A stretch of DNA of 64,000 nt. Source: Bacteroidia bacterium. GTDB taxonomy: Bacteria > Bacteroidota > Bacteroidia > JADZBD01. Positions 29,283-37,411 of the stretch are shown piece after piece. The notes beneath the pieces were generated by a model. The model worked only from the letters and a program-made list of their open reading frames with translations. It was not told the origin of the DNA and searched no databases. Position numbers and translations under genes: made by a program. Location of the stretch: the NCBI GenBank assembly GCA_020852255.1, contig JADZBD010000002.1:83307-147306 (forward strand), given 5' to 3'. The stretch's first letter is position 1, and the number at the start of each line of letters is the position of its first letter.

Positions 29283-30871
29283 CAGTTCTTCTTCAGGTAT
29301 TTCATAAGATCCGCAAGTGTTAAGGCATTTAAACAATAGTCGGCCGTAAGACCACCCTTACGCGCCGCATATATTCCATAATGCATATCCAGCATTCCTT
29401 CCCTTTCATGTGCATCCGGATTGATCGATATCTTCACCCCTTTGTTCATGCATTCATGTATCCATCGCCAGTCGATGTCCAGTCTCCATGGATTCGCGTT
29501 CAGCTCGATTGCCACTCCGTTCGCGGCGCATGCGTCGATAATTTTTGAGTACTGCAGAGGGTATCCTGGCCGGCTCAGCAGGAGGCGTCCGCAGGGATGC
29601 CCCAGGATATGAGTATAAGGGTTTTCAATAGCCCTGATCAGTCGTTCGGTAGCCTTTACCTCTTCCATTTTCAGGTTCTGATGAACGGAAGCCACAACCA
29701 ATTCAAACTCCGCAAGAACTTCTTCAGGATAGTCCAGCGATCCGTCGCTCAAAATATCGGATTCAATTCCCTTAAGAATCCGGAAGGGTTTCAGTTCCTC
29801 ATTCAATGCATCAATTTCACGGTGCTGCTCATAGACCTTTTCAATAGTAAGTCCGCCTGCATAGGAAGCGGAACGCGAATGGTCGCAAATGCCAAAGTAC
29901 TCCAGCCCCAGCTCCTTACAAGCTACGGCCATGTCCTTCAAAGAATGCAGTCCATCACTCCATAAGGAATGATTATGAAGACATCCGCGTAAATCCTGCC
30001 AGTCAATCAGCTGTGGAACCTTGTGCTCTCTGGAAGCAATGGCCGCCTTACGCGTTTCCATCCATTCAGCAGGCACCGGTTTTAGTCCGGAATTTTCGAA
30101 TACCTCCTCCATGGAGTTGCCATTCTGCAGGGGACCCAGTTCATTCAGGAATTCTTCCGCGGCCGATCGCTTCAAAACCTCCCTGTAAAAAATTTCCGGT
30201 GCCACCGAGGCTATCTCCAGGCGTAAACCTTCTACGGTCCATTTGTCACTCAGTTCTCGTTTAGATGATGCGAGGTACTGAACCGTTCGGATCACTTCCA
30301 TTTTTCTTCTGACTTCTCCTACTATCTCCACGTTCGTTTTCAGATCATTTCTGAGTTTATCTAAACAGGCTAATGCTACCGGCTCAACCGTAGCATAATG
30401 AAAACTTCCCTCATTGGACAAGAGGTATTCGACATTCTTGCGGACCTCCTCCTGCGTTTTTATTCCGAATCCCTTCAGAGCAACCAGACGGTTCTCCCTG
30501 CATGCATAGAGCAATTCACCAATATTTTCAATGCCCAGTTCTCTCCAAAGATGAAACACCTTTTTAGGGCCCAGACCTTTCACATCCATCAATCGTATTA
30601 CCCCGTCGGGAGTTTTTCTCCGTAAAGCTTCCAGTTCCGCACTGGTTCCCGTTGACATCAGCTCCACAATCTTGGCCGCAATTCCTTTCCCGATGCCCTC
30701 GATCGCTTCAATTTCCTCCTTACTTAGTCTCGAAAGATCCAGCCCGGACCTGGTGAGCTTAAAAGCCGCGTTGCCCAGCGCACGGATTTTAAACTGATTC
30801 TCTCCGTGAAGCTCCATCAGCCTCCCCGTAAGTTTCAACGCTGCGGCGACTTCCTGTGTGTTCACGTGCAA
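29282..30871 (-). CDS. family X DNA polymerase with PHP phosphoesterase domain (PolX)
   Basis: 529 aa. N-terminal helix-hairpin-helix pol-X region (…IEGIGKGIAAKI…). C-terminal PHP domain (…LHNHSLWSDGLHSL…YFGICDHS…). Confidence 0.8.
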   Translation of the reverse strand: MHVNTQEVAAALKLTGRLMELHGENQFKIRALGNAAFKLTRSGLDLSRLSKEEIEAIEGIGKGIAAKIVELMSTGTSAELEALRRKTPDGVIRLMDVKGLGPKKVFHLWRELGIENIGELLYACRENRLVALKGFGIKTQEEVRKNVEYLLSNEGSFHYATVEPVALACLDKLRNDLKTNVEIVGEVRRKMEVIRTVQYLASSKRELSDKWTVEGLRLEIASVAPEIFYREVLKRSAAEEFLNELGPLQNGNSMEEVFENSGLKPVPAEWMETRKAAIASREHKVPQLIDWQDLRGCLHNHSLWSDGLHSLKDMAVACKELGLEYFGICDHSRSASYAGGLTIEKVYEQHREIDALNEELKPFRILKGIESDILSDGSLDYPEEVLAEFELVVASVHQNLKMEEVKATERLIRAIENPYTHILGHPCGRLLLSRPGYPLQYSKIIDACAANGVAIELNANPWRLDIDWRWIHECMNKGVKISINPDAHEREGMLDMHYGIYAARKGGLTADYCLNALTLADLMKYLKKN

Positions 30872-30876
30872 TGATA

Positions 30877-30905
30877 AAAAAGGGGTGCCAAGGCACCCCG
30901 GATTC
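30877..30905 (-). terminator. rho-independent terminator for the 30922..32349 gene
   Basis: ggggtgcc-aa-ggcacccc hairpin followed on the minus strand by TTTTTTA. Confidence 0.6.
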
Positions 30906-30921
30906 CTGATTTCCTAATGTT

Positions 30922-32349
30922 TTATCGGCTCACATTCATTTTTAAAGTAACCGGCGCGCCACGGCTGATAATAGTGCAGAAATAAATGCCGGACGGAATA
31001 TCGTTCAATGGAACCTGCCGTTCATTTACACCGCTGTTCCCGGAGTCTTCTTCACTTTCAAGTACTGTTCTACCGGTTAAATCTGTAATAATTATTTTCA
31101 CCGTACTGTTCTCCTGAAGAAAGAAACGAACCGTAAGATGGTCCCGGGCAGGCACCGGAAAAAGTTCCGCATCACTCACCCCGGTCAGCGGCGTCTGGAC
31201 ATTCATCCCCACGGGACAAACGCGTGTAATATTTCCTGAGGTGGTGTATCCGCCCTTCATGGCGTAAAAACATCCCTCGCTCCCTTGCTTAAGAGTAGTG
31301 AGGCCCCCCGAAGTAGTGAGGTCCATGAGTTGGACCTGGCTCGTTACCGTGTTGTATTGCGGTGCATTCCCCAGCGTAAGATCATACACCCGACCATAGT
31401 CGTTATCAGCTACAAGGAGGTGATTCGTTAAAGCAGGTATCACGCTGGATGTGTAATGAAGGATTCCGGTTACTGCAGGCAGGGGAGCACCGAATACCGC
31501 AATGGGATTGGTATAGGCGGGATTGGTGCAGGGCGTGGTGGTATTATACTGGAAGTTGCCCTCGCATGCCTGCCACCCATAATTTTTTCCTTTCACCACA
31601 TAATTCACTTCGTCATATGTTGAGGCGCCATTCTCCGATGCATACAAGGAATCATTGAACGTACTAAAACAGAAATCATAGGCATTCCGGTGTCCCCAGG
31701 TCCAGATCCTGTCATCATTTCCGGTGGCCGGGTTCCCGTCATCATAATACGGGTTAGACGTCGGGATGGTACCGTTTTTATTGATCCGGAGGATTTTTCC
31801 GTACGGATTGGTCATCAACTGGGCATTCGCCGGTGTAGCCAGCTCGCCGATGGTAATATAGATCTGATTGGGTTCCGACGGACGAAACCGGATGTTTCCG
31901 CCCACATGATTACCGGGGATGGAATTGCTCACCATCTGATTAAAGATAATTGTTGGGTTGGTGCCCACATTGCTCACCTCCGTGAATCTTACCACGCGAA
32001 GGTATTGCGTGCCGGTGGGACTGGGATTACAGCAGCGATGATTGTAATAAACGTAAACATAGCCATTGTTTGAATAATCGGGATCCACTTCAATCCCAAG
32101 CAAGCCGCGTTCGAAGTCGTTATAAGTGGAATCACTGAGGTCATAAAAGGTGCCAATCAGCGAATAATTCGCGTCGTAATACATAATCTCTCCGGACTTC
32201 AGGGTCAGGAGGATTCTGTTCTGAGGAGTGAACGTAAATGCCACGGGATAGGCCAGGTTCGTGATGACGGCTGTTGTCTGGTACTGTGCCACAGCAGCAG
32301 CCCCGGCAAGAGCCAGGAACAAAGAGAGAATAGCTTTTTTCATGATCAA
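30922..32349 (-). CDS. glucose/sorbosone-dehydrogenase-like beta-propeller protein with T9SS C-terminal sorting domain
   Basis: 475 aa. Signal peptide. …GLLGIEVDPDYSNNGYVYVYY… resembles soluble PQQ-type sugar dehydrogenase propellers. C-terminus …FPVPARDHLTVRF…IIITDLTGRTVLE…GIYFCTIISRGAPVTLKMNVSR is a T9SS CTD. Confidence 0.6.
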   Translation of the reverse strand: MIMKKAILSLFLALAGAAAVAQYQTTAVITNLAYPVAFTFTPQNRILLTLKSGEIMYYDANYSLIGTFYDLSDSTYNDFERGLLGIEVDPDYSNNGYVYVYYNHRCCNPSPTGTQYLRVVRFTEVSNVGTNPTIIFNQMVSNSIPGNHVGGNIRFRPSEPNQIYITIGELATPANAQLMTNPYGKILRINKNGTIPTSNPYYDDGNPATGNDDRIWTWGHRNAYDFCFSTFNDSLYASENGASTYDEVNYVVKGKNYGWQACEGNFQYNTTTPCTNPAYTNPIAVFGAPLPAVTGILHYTSSVIPALTNHLLVADNDYGRVYDLTLGNAPQYNTVTSQVQLMDLTTSGGLTTLKQGSEGCFYAMKGGYTTSGNITRVCPVGMNVQTPLTGVSDAELFPVPARDHLTVRFFLQENSTVKIIITDLTGRTVLESEEDSGNSGVNERQVPLNDIPSGIYFCTIISRGAPVTLKMNVSR

Positions 32350-32384
32350 CTTATTTCAGTAAAGATAGTGAATTGAAAGGCATA

Positions 32385-32420
32385 AAAAAACCCCGCCGAA
32401 AAATGGCGGGGTTCCGTATT
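32385..32420 (-). terminator. rho-independent terminator for the 32433..34169 gene
   Basis: aaccccgcc-gaaaaatg-gcggggtt hairpin followed on the minus strand by T8. Confidence 0.6.
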
Positions 32421-32432
32421 AAAGGGGTTAGT

Positions 32433-34169
32433 TTACATACCAACCAGCGACTTAAATTCAGCGTTATTACGCTGCTTAAAGAATTCAAGATCAAGGCGTG
32501 CTTTATCCTTGAAGGAAGCATCCTTGTTGATGGCCGTTTTGAGGTTGTTGATCACCATGCTGTCATCACCCTTACGTGCGCCAACGATGGCCTTGAGGTA
32601 ATATGACAATGCATCTTCTTTCTCTTTTGATCCGTCCAGAATGGCAACAGCTCCGTCCAGATTCGCGTTCAGTACGTTTCCGAGTGCCGCGTTAAAGGTT
32701 TTGTAGTTTCCAAAATTGGTAACCGCAGCGGCGTAATTCCCGTTGAGGATTTCACAGATTCCCATGTTGTATTTAGTTTCGGGAGCGCTTCCGGCCTTAT
32801 TGTAAAGTTCCATTGCCTTTTTGCGATCACCCTTCCAGCGGGCAACGATTCCAAGGTTATTAATGATTACGGGGTTATTAGGTGACATACCGTCTGCCTT
32901 GGTAAACTGAGATTCAGCATCGCTGAGTTTGTTAAGCATCAGGTATACAGCGCCCACGTTGTTAACCGTTCTCCAGTCACTGCCAAACATTTTCTCTGCT
33001 GCCTTATAAATAGCCAACTTTGTATTAAGATCGTTGGTAAGTGTTCCGGCATAGAGGATCTCTTCAAGATTCAGTGAATCCGGCGTGGTGGTTGCGAACT
33101 TAAGGAGCGCCTCGTCCGAACGACCCACCTTATCATAGTTCAGATTGTTGGTTGCACGGCGGAGCTTCGGCAGGATCTGGTCAGCCACCTCGCGGTAAGT
33201 TTTTGAAAGGTTCTTTATTTCCTTCTCGCGCACTTCTCCGTCAGGGTACATCTTAAGCACATTCAGGATAAGATCCTTATCCGCGATGCTGGATTCCTTC
33301 ATAAGTTTTTCGAATCCTTCCCAGTCCTCAGCAGTGGTTTTTACCACATAGAATCCGTCGTTCTGACCATTTTCGTACTTAGTTTTCTTATCCTTGAAAA
33401 CATTCTTCAGGTACTTAATGGCAGAAGCAGCACGCTCGTCGGCCAGTGAAGCATTACGCGTCAGTTCACCATCCGGGGAAGCGTACGCGGAAATGCTGTA
33501 TCCCTTATAGACATACTTCTCAGGAGCCTTCATAGAATTTTCGAGCCATGTCTTATACTCCTTCATTTCTTTCTTAGACATCTCTGATCCACGGACATCA
33601 CTTTGATTGATAGTGAAGAAAATGTCAATTGGAGCAGTCATGGGAATGATACGCTGGAACTGGTCTTTTCCGATGAGAGGCATTTCATCGCTCTTCACCA
33701 GGTAAGGAGTAATGATGGTACCTTCAGCGATCTCCTTCTCAGGCATATCCTTGGTCTTTTTTCCTTTAGCACCGTTTGCGGTATAAACCAGTTTACAGTT
33801 CTTCATGCCGGGATCATAAGCTACCTTATCAGAATAGGAGAACGATCCGCCTTCCTTGTATTTTACAACATTTCCCTTTGCGTCTTTCACCTTTTCTCCG
33901 CTGATGGTAATAGGATCGAGTGCTTTTTCACCACCTTCCCACTTCAGTTTCGGAGTGATGGTAAGCACCACCTTTTTGCCGAAATACTTGGCAGGATAAA
34001 CACCTTTTACGGTTACAGAAACGCTGTCACCGTGCATTTCAAGCGGGGTAGGCGTTACCGTGTAGTTCACGGAATCAGCCTTCTTCGACATTTTCTTCAG
34101 CTGGCAGGCTGAGAATGAAACTGCCACCACAGCAGCGAGTCCGAAGAATTTAATAGATCTGGTTTTCAT
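32433..34169 (-). CDS. lipoprotein of unknown function (possible OmpA-like segment plus C-terminal TPR-like repeats)
   Basis: 578 aa. Signal peptide plus a lipobox-like …VSFSAC. Lysine-rich. …ISAYASPDGELTRNASLADERAASAIKYL… loosely resembles an OmpA-type motif. C-terminal alpha-helical repeats resemble TPR. Low confidence on the domains. Confidence 0.5.
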   Translation of the reverse strand: MKTRSIKFFGLAAVVAVSFSACQLKKMSKKADSVNYTVTPTPLEMHGDSVSVTVKGVYPAKYFGKKVVLTITPKLKWEGGEKALDPITISGEKVKDAKGNVVKYKEGGSFSYSDKVAYDPGMKNCKLVYTANGAKGKKTKDMPEKEIAEGTIITPYLVKSDEMPLIGKDQFQRIIPMTAPIDIFFTINQSDVRGSEMSKKEMKEYKTWLENSMKAPEKYVYKGYSISAYASPDGELTRNASLADERAASAIKYLKNVFKDKKTKYENGQNDGFYVVKTTAEDWEGFEKLMKESSIADKDLILNVLKMYPDGEVREKEIKNLSKTYREVADQILPKLRRATNNLNYDKVGRSDEALLKFATTTPDSLNLEEILYAGTLTNDLNTKLAIYKAAEKMFGSDWRTVNNVGAVYLMLNKLSDAESQFTKADGMSPNNPVIINNLGIVARWKGDRKKAMELYNKAGSAPETKYNMGICEILNGNYAAAVTNFGNYKTFNAALGNVLNANLDGAVAILDGSKEKEDALSYYLKAIVGARKGDDSMVINNLKTAINKDASFKDKARLDLEFFKQRNNAEFKSLVGM

Positions 34170-34294
34170 TTGCGTTGAATGGTTAGTTATTTGGGGTTCA
34201 GGCCTTGATGAAGCCGTTGACGTGCAAAAATAGATAATTTTTGATAATGGCGAAGGAAATCCCTCTAATTCAGAAATATTTGACTATCTGTTAC

Positions 34295-34921
34295 TTATAT
34301 ACCCAGGTCCGGACGATTCAGTCCGGGCTTGAAGGGGGTATCCAGAAGCTTTAAAAGCCGGCTCATATCCTCCCGGTTGCGCGCAGGGGCAAAACGCTCG
34401 CCATCCAGCCACAAAACAGGGCTTTTCCGGTATTGTTTGAGATAGGACAGGTACTGTTTTTCCAGCTTCTCCAGGTATTTTCCGGGGATACCCTGTTCAT
34501 ATTCCCTTCCCCGCTCTCTGATCCCTTCCGACGCCTTTTCCGGACTGCGGTGATAATAGATGACCAGATCAGGCACAGGCAGTTTGAATTCGAGGCTGGT
34601 AAAAAGCTTCATGAAATGGGCAAAATCCTCGCGGGAAAGGTTGGTTCTTGCAAAAATGAGCGATTTATTAAACCAGTAATCGGCCACTACGGGCCTTCCG
34701 GGGATAACCCTCTTTTTGATGTCCCTGAATCGGTCTATCAGCAGGGAAAGCTCCAGGGGATAAGCGTAACCGGCGGCATCCAGATAAAAAGAAGGCAAGA
34801 GGGGGTTTTCTTCAAACTTCTCTTCCAGAAGTTCCGCTTTCAGGTGAAGAGCCAGTTTAGCGGCCAGGGTACTTTTTCCTGCTCCTATATTTCCTTCGAT
34901 GGCGATAAAAGATGGTCTCAC
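34295..34921 (-). CDS. deoxynucleoside kinase family protein (second copy)
   Basis: P-loop IEGNIGAGKSTLAAKL and dNK-family similarity. Start uncertain: GTG at 34919-34921 (overlapping the folK stop as GTGA) or upstream ATGs of the 234-aa track ORF. Confidence 0.7.
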   Translation of the reverse strand: MRPSFIAIEGNIGAGKSTLAAKLALHLKAELLEEKFEENPLLPSFYLDAAGYAYPLELSLLIDRFRDIKKRVIPGRPVVADYWFNKSLIFARTNLSREDFAHFMKLFTSLEFKLPVPDLVIYYHRSPEKASEGIRERGREYEQGIPGKYLEKLEKQYLSYLKQYRKSPVLWLDGERFAPARNREDMSRLLKLLDTPFKPGLNRPDLGI

Positions 34922-35394
34922 AGGCGAATCACCTTTTCCGGTGCCACCAGCGCCGCCAGATATTCCTTTACATTCCATTTCTCCACGGGATGCTTCCATT
35001 CCGGCTCAACGGCTGCCATTGGCTCCAGGGCGAACCGGCGGCGGGATAAACCGGGATGCGGAATCTCGAGCCCAGGCTGAACATAGATCAACTCTCCGCA
35101 GGCCAGTATGTCTATATCAAGCGTTCGTGGCCCCCACTTCACTGTACGCGTTCTTCCCATAGCCGTTTCCAGCGTCTGTAATTCCTCCAGCATGCGGATA
35201 GGAGAAAGTTCCGAATCGATGGTTAAACAAGCGTTCAGAAACCATGGTTGCTCCTTCATGCCCCAGGGTTCCGTAAGATAAACCGGCGAGGATCCCGTCA
35301 CGCGGTATAGTACCGAGAGACGATTGATCGCTTCGAAAAGGGTTCCGAAGCGGTCGCCCTGGTTTCCACCCAACAACAAAATGAAGCGGTTCAT
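34918..35394 (-). CDS. folK: 2-amino-4-hydroxy-6-hydroxymethyldihydropteridine pyrophosphokinase
   Basis: HPPK motifs …ILLLGGNQGD…, …WGPRTLDIDIL…. Start placed at MNRFILLLG (35394) within the longer track ORF. Confidence 0.8.
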   Translation of the reverse strand: MNRFILLLGGNQGDRFGTLFEAINRLSVLYRVTGSSPVYLTEPWGMKEQPWFLNACLTIDSELSPIRMLEELQTLETAMGRTRTVKWGPRTLDIDILACGELIYVQPGLEIPHPGLSRRRFALEPMAAVEPEWKHPVEKWNVKEYLAALVAPEKVIRL

Positions 35395-35483
35395 CCCTGC
35401 CATACTCCAAAAGTAACAATTCAGAGCACCTCGAGGGGCGTATGAATACCTTTGCTCTGTGTAAAACCGTTCATCTCGCATCT

Positions 35484-37241
35484 ATGAAAAACTTTCTTAC
35501 TTCTTTCCTGGGATCACTTGCAGCAATGTTTGTTGCATCCCTGTTGTTCATTTTCATTATTGTTGCCCTGATACCCGAAGAAAAGCAGTTCAAGGCAAAA
35601 GAAAATTCAGTGCTTCACATGAAGCTGGATAAGCCTGTTTTAGAACGCGGCTCCAATAACCCCTTTGAAAACTTTTCCTTCGACGGTGAAAATAGTATGC
35701 CTGTAGGTCTGGATGATATAATCGCCAATCTTGAAAAAGCCAAGGCAGACAGTAATATCCGGGGTATTTTCCTGGAAATTTCAACTGTGAATGCCGGTAT
35801 GGCCACAACGGAAGAAATCCGGAATGCCCTGCTCGACTTTAAATCCTCCGGTAAATTCATTTATGCTTATTCAGAGGTGATGGATCACAAGGCTTATTAT
35901 CTGGCTTCGGTGGCTGACCGGGTGATGTTGAATCCGCAGGGACTGATTACCCATGCCGGACTGAGCGCGCAGCTCATGTTCTTCAAGGGTATGCTTGAAA
36001 AACTGGAAGTAGAAGCACAAATTTTCCGACATGGTAAATTTAAAAGCGCCATTGAGCCATTTATGCTTGACAAAATGAGTGAAGCGAACCGTGAACAGGT
36101 TGAAAAATACCTCGGTAGCCTTTGGGCTCATATGTTGCAAGGCATCTCCGAAAGCAGGAAGATTCCTGTGGAGGAGTTAATGAAGATGGCAGACGACATG
36201 CGTGTTCAGAACGCCGGGGATTGTATGAAATTCAAACTGGCCGACGATACCCTGTATAAAGACCAGGTGCTGGCGGAGCTGAGAACGAAGCTTGGAATAA
36301 AGGAAAATAAAAAGATCTCCATGGTAGAGTTGGGAAAGTATAGCAAGACTCCAAAAGGAAAGAAGGAAAAACTTTCTCAAAAGAAAATAGCCGTGATCTA
36401 TGCCGTGGGAGATATCAATAGCGGTGAAGGAAACGATGAAAGTATAGGTTCAGAACGAATTTCCAGGGCCATTCGGGAGGCCAGGCTTGATTCTTCGGTT
36501 AAAGCGATTGTACTTCGTGTGAATTCTCCCGGAGGCAGTGCCCTTGCATCAGACGTAATGTGGCGGGAAGTAGTGCTCGCAAGAGCCTCAAAGCCCATTA
36601 TTGTAAGCATGGGAGATGTGGCCGCATCCGGAGGCTATTATATATCCTGCGGTGCTGACAGAATATTTGCGCAGCCAAATACGATTACGGGTTCCATTGG
36701 CGTGTTCGGCATGCTTCCCAATATGCAAAAAATGTTCGCCAATAAATTCGGGATCACCATCGATACCGTGAACACCAATAAACATTCTGACCTGGGCAGC
36801 GTTTTCCGCTCTGTTTCAGAAACAGAAGGGCTGGTTATTCAGAAAGGAGTAGAAGACATTTACCAGGTATTTCTCCACCGTGTGGCCGCAGGCAGGAAGA
36901 TGAGTGTTGCCGCCGTTGACAGCATAGGTCAGGGACGAGTATGGAGCGGGGCGGATGCCCTGAATCTGGGTCTGGTAGACGCGTTAGGGGGCCTGAAGGA
37001 TGCTATAAAATACGCAGCAGAAAAAGTGGGTACTAAGGAATACCGTATTATATATCTTCCAAAGCAGAAAAAACCATTTGAAGAATTCATGAGCGAACTC
37101 AAAGGAGAAGGCGAGGATCAGGCCCGCCAGTTTCTTCGAAATGAATTAGGTGATCAATACACCATGGTTCTGGGCTTTCGTAAACTATGCGCTATGAAAG
37201 GAGTACAGGCCCGCCTGCCTTTTGAGTTTATAATCAACTAA
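35484..37241 (+). CDS. sppA: signal peptide peptidase A (protease IV, 67K type)
   Basis: Start at MKNFLTSFLGSLAAMFVASLLFIF (N-terminal TM). Two ClpP/crotonase-fold halves. Catalytic region …VSMGDVAASGGYYISCGADRIFAQPNTITGSIGVFG…. Confidence 0.85.
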   Translation: MKNFLTSFLGSLAAMFVASLLFIFIIVALIPEEKQFKAKENSVLHMKLDKPVLERGSNNPFENFSFDGENSMPVGLDDIIANLEKAKADSNIRGIFLEISTVNAGMATTEEIRNALLDFKSSGKFIYAYSEVMDHKAYYLASVADRVMLNPQGLITHAGLSAQLMFFKGMLEKLEVEAQIFRHGKFKSAIEPFMLDKMSEANREQVEKYLGSLWAHMLQGISESRKIPVEELMKMADDMRVQNAGDCMKFKLADDTLYKDQVLAELRTKLGIKENKKISMVELGKYSKTPKGKKEKLSQKKIAVIYAVGDINSGEGNDESIGSERISRAIREARLDSSVKAIVLRVNSPGGSALASDVMWREVVLARASKPIIVSMGDVAASGGYYISCGADRIFAQPNTITGSIGVFGMLPNMQKMFANKFGITIDTVNTNKHSDLGSVFRSVSETEGLVIQKGVEDIYQVFLHRVAAGRKMSVAAVDSIGQGRVWSGADALNLGLVDALGGLKDAIKYAAEKVGTKEYRIIYLPKQKKPFEEFMSELKGEGEDQARQFLRNELGDQYTMVLGFRKLCAMKGVQARLPFEFIIN

Positions 37242-37263
37242 TTATCAGTCGCAGCAACATCCC

Positions 37264-37292
37264 CAGGCCCCGGAAATCCGGGGCCTTTTCTA
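37264..37292 (+). terminator. rho-independent terminator after sppA
   Basis: aggccccgg-aaat-ccggggcct hairpin followed by a T-rich run. Confidence 0.55.
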
Positions 37293-37323
37293 TTGTTAAA
37301 AGATTTGGATGTTTTTTTCCTCT

Positions 37324-37332
37324 CCCCCCCCC
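37324..37332. repeat. poly-C homopolymer (C9) preceded by T7, in the glnN upstream region
   Basis: gtttttttcctctccccccccc, read directly from the sequence. 80 nt upstream of the glnN ATG. Confidence 0.9.
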
Positions 37333-37411
37333 ATTTTCGATATATTTGTCACGAAAATTCGCAATTTTACGTAAACACCCCTCAAAAAATGGGGGGTATA
37401 TCAAAATAAAT

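Noticed and set aside
34170-34294. tRNA or small RNA genes in the larger intergenic gaps (also checked 5820-5902, 55690-55832, 58981-59144)
   Set aside because: No cloverleaf-compatible sequence: no GTTC-type T-arm with matching acceptor stems. The regions look like AT-rich promoter DNA.
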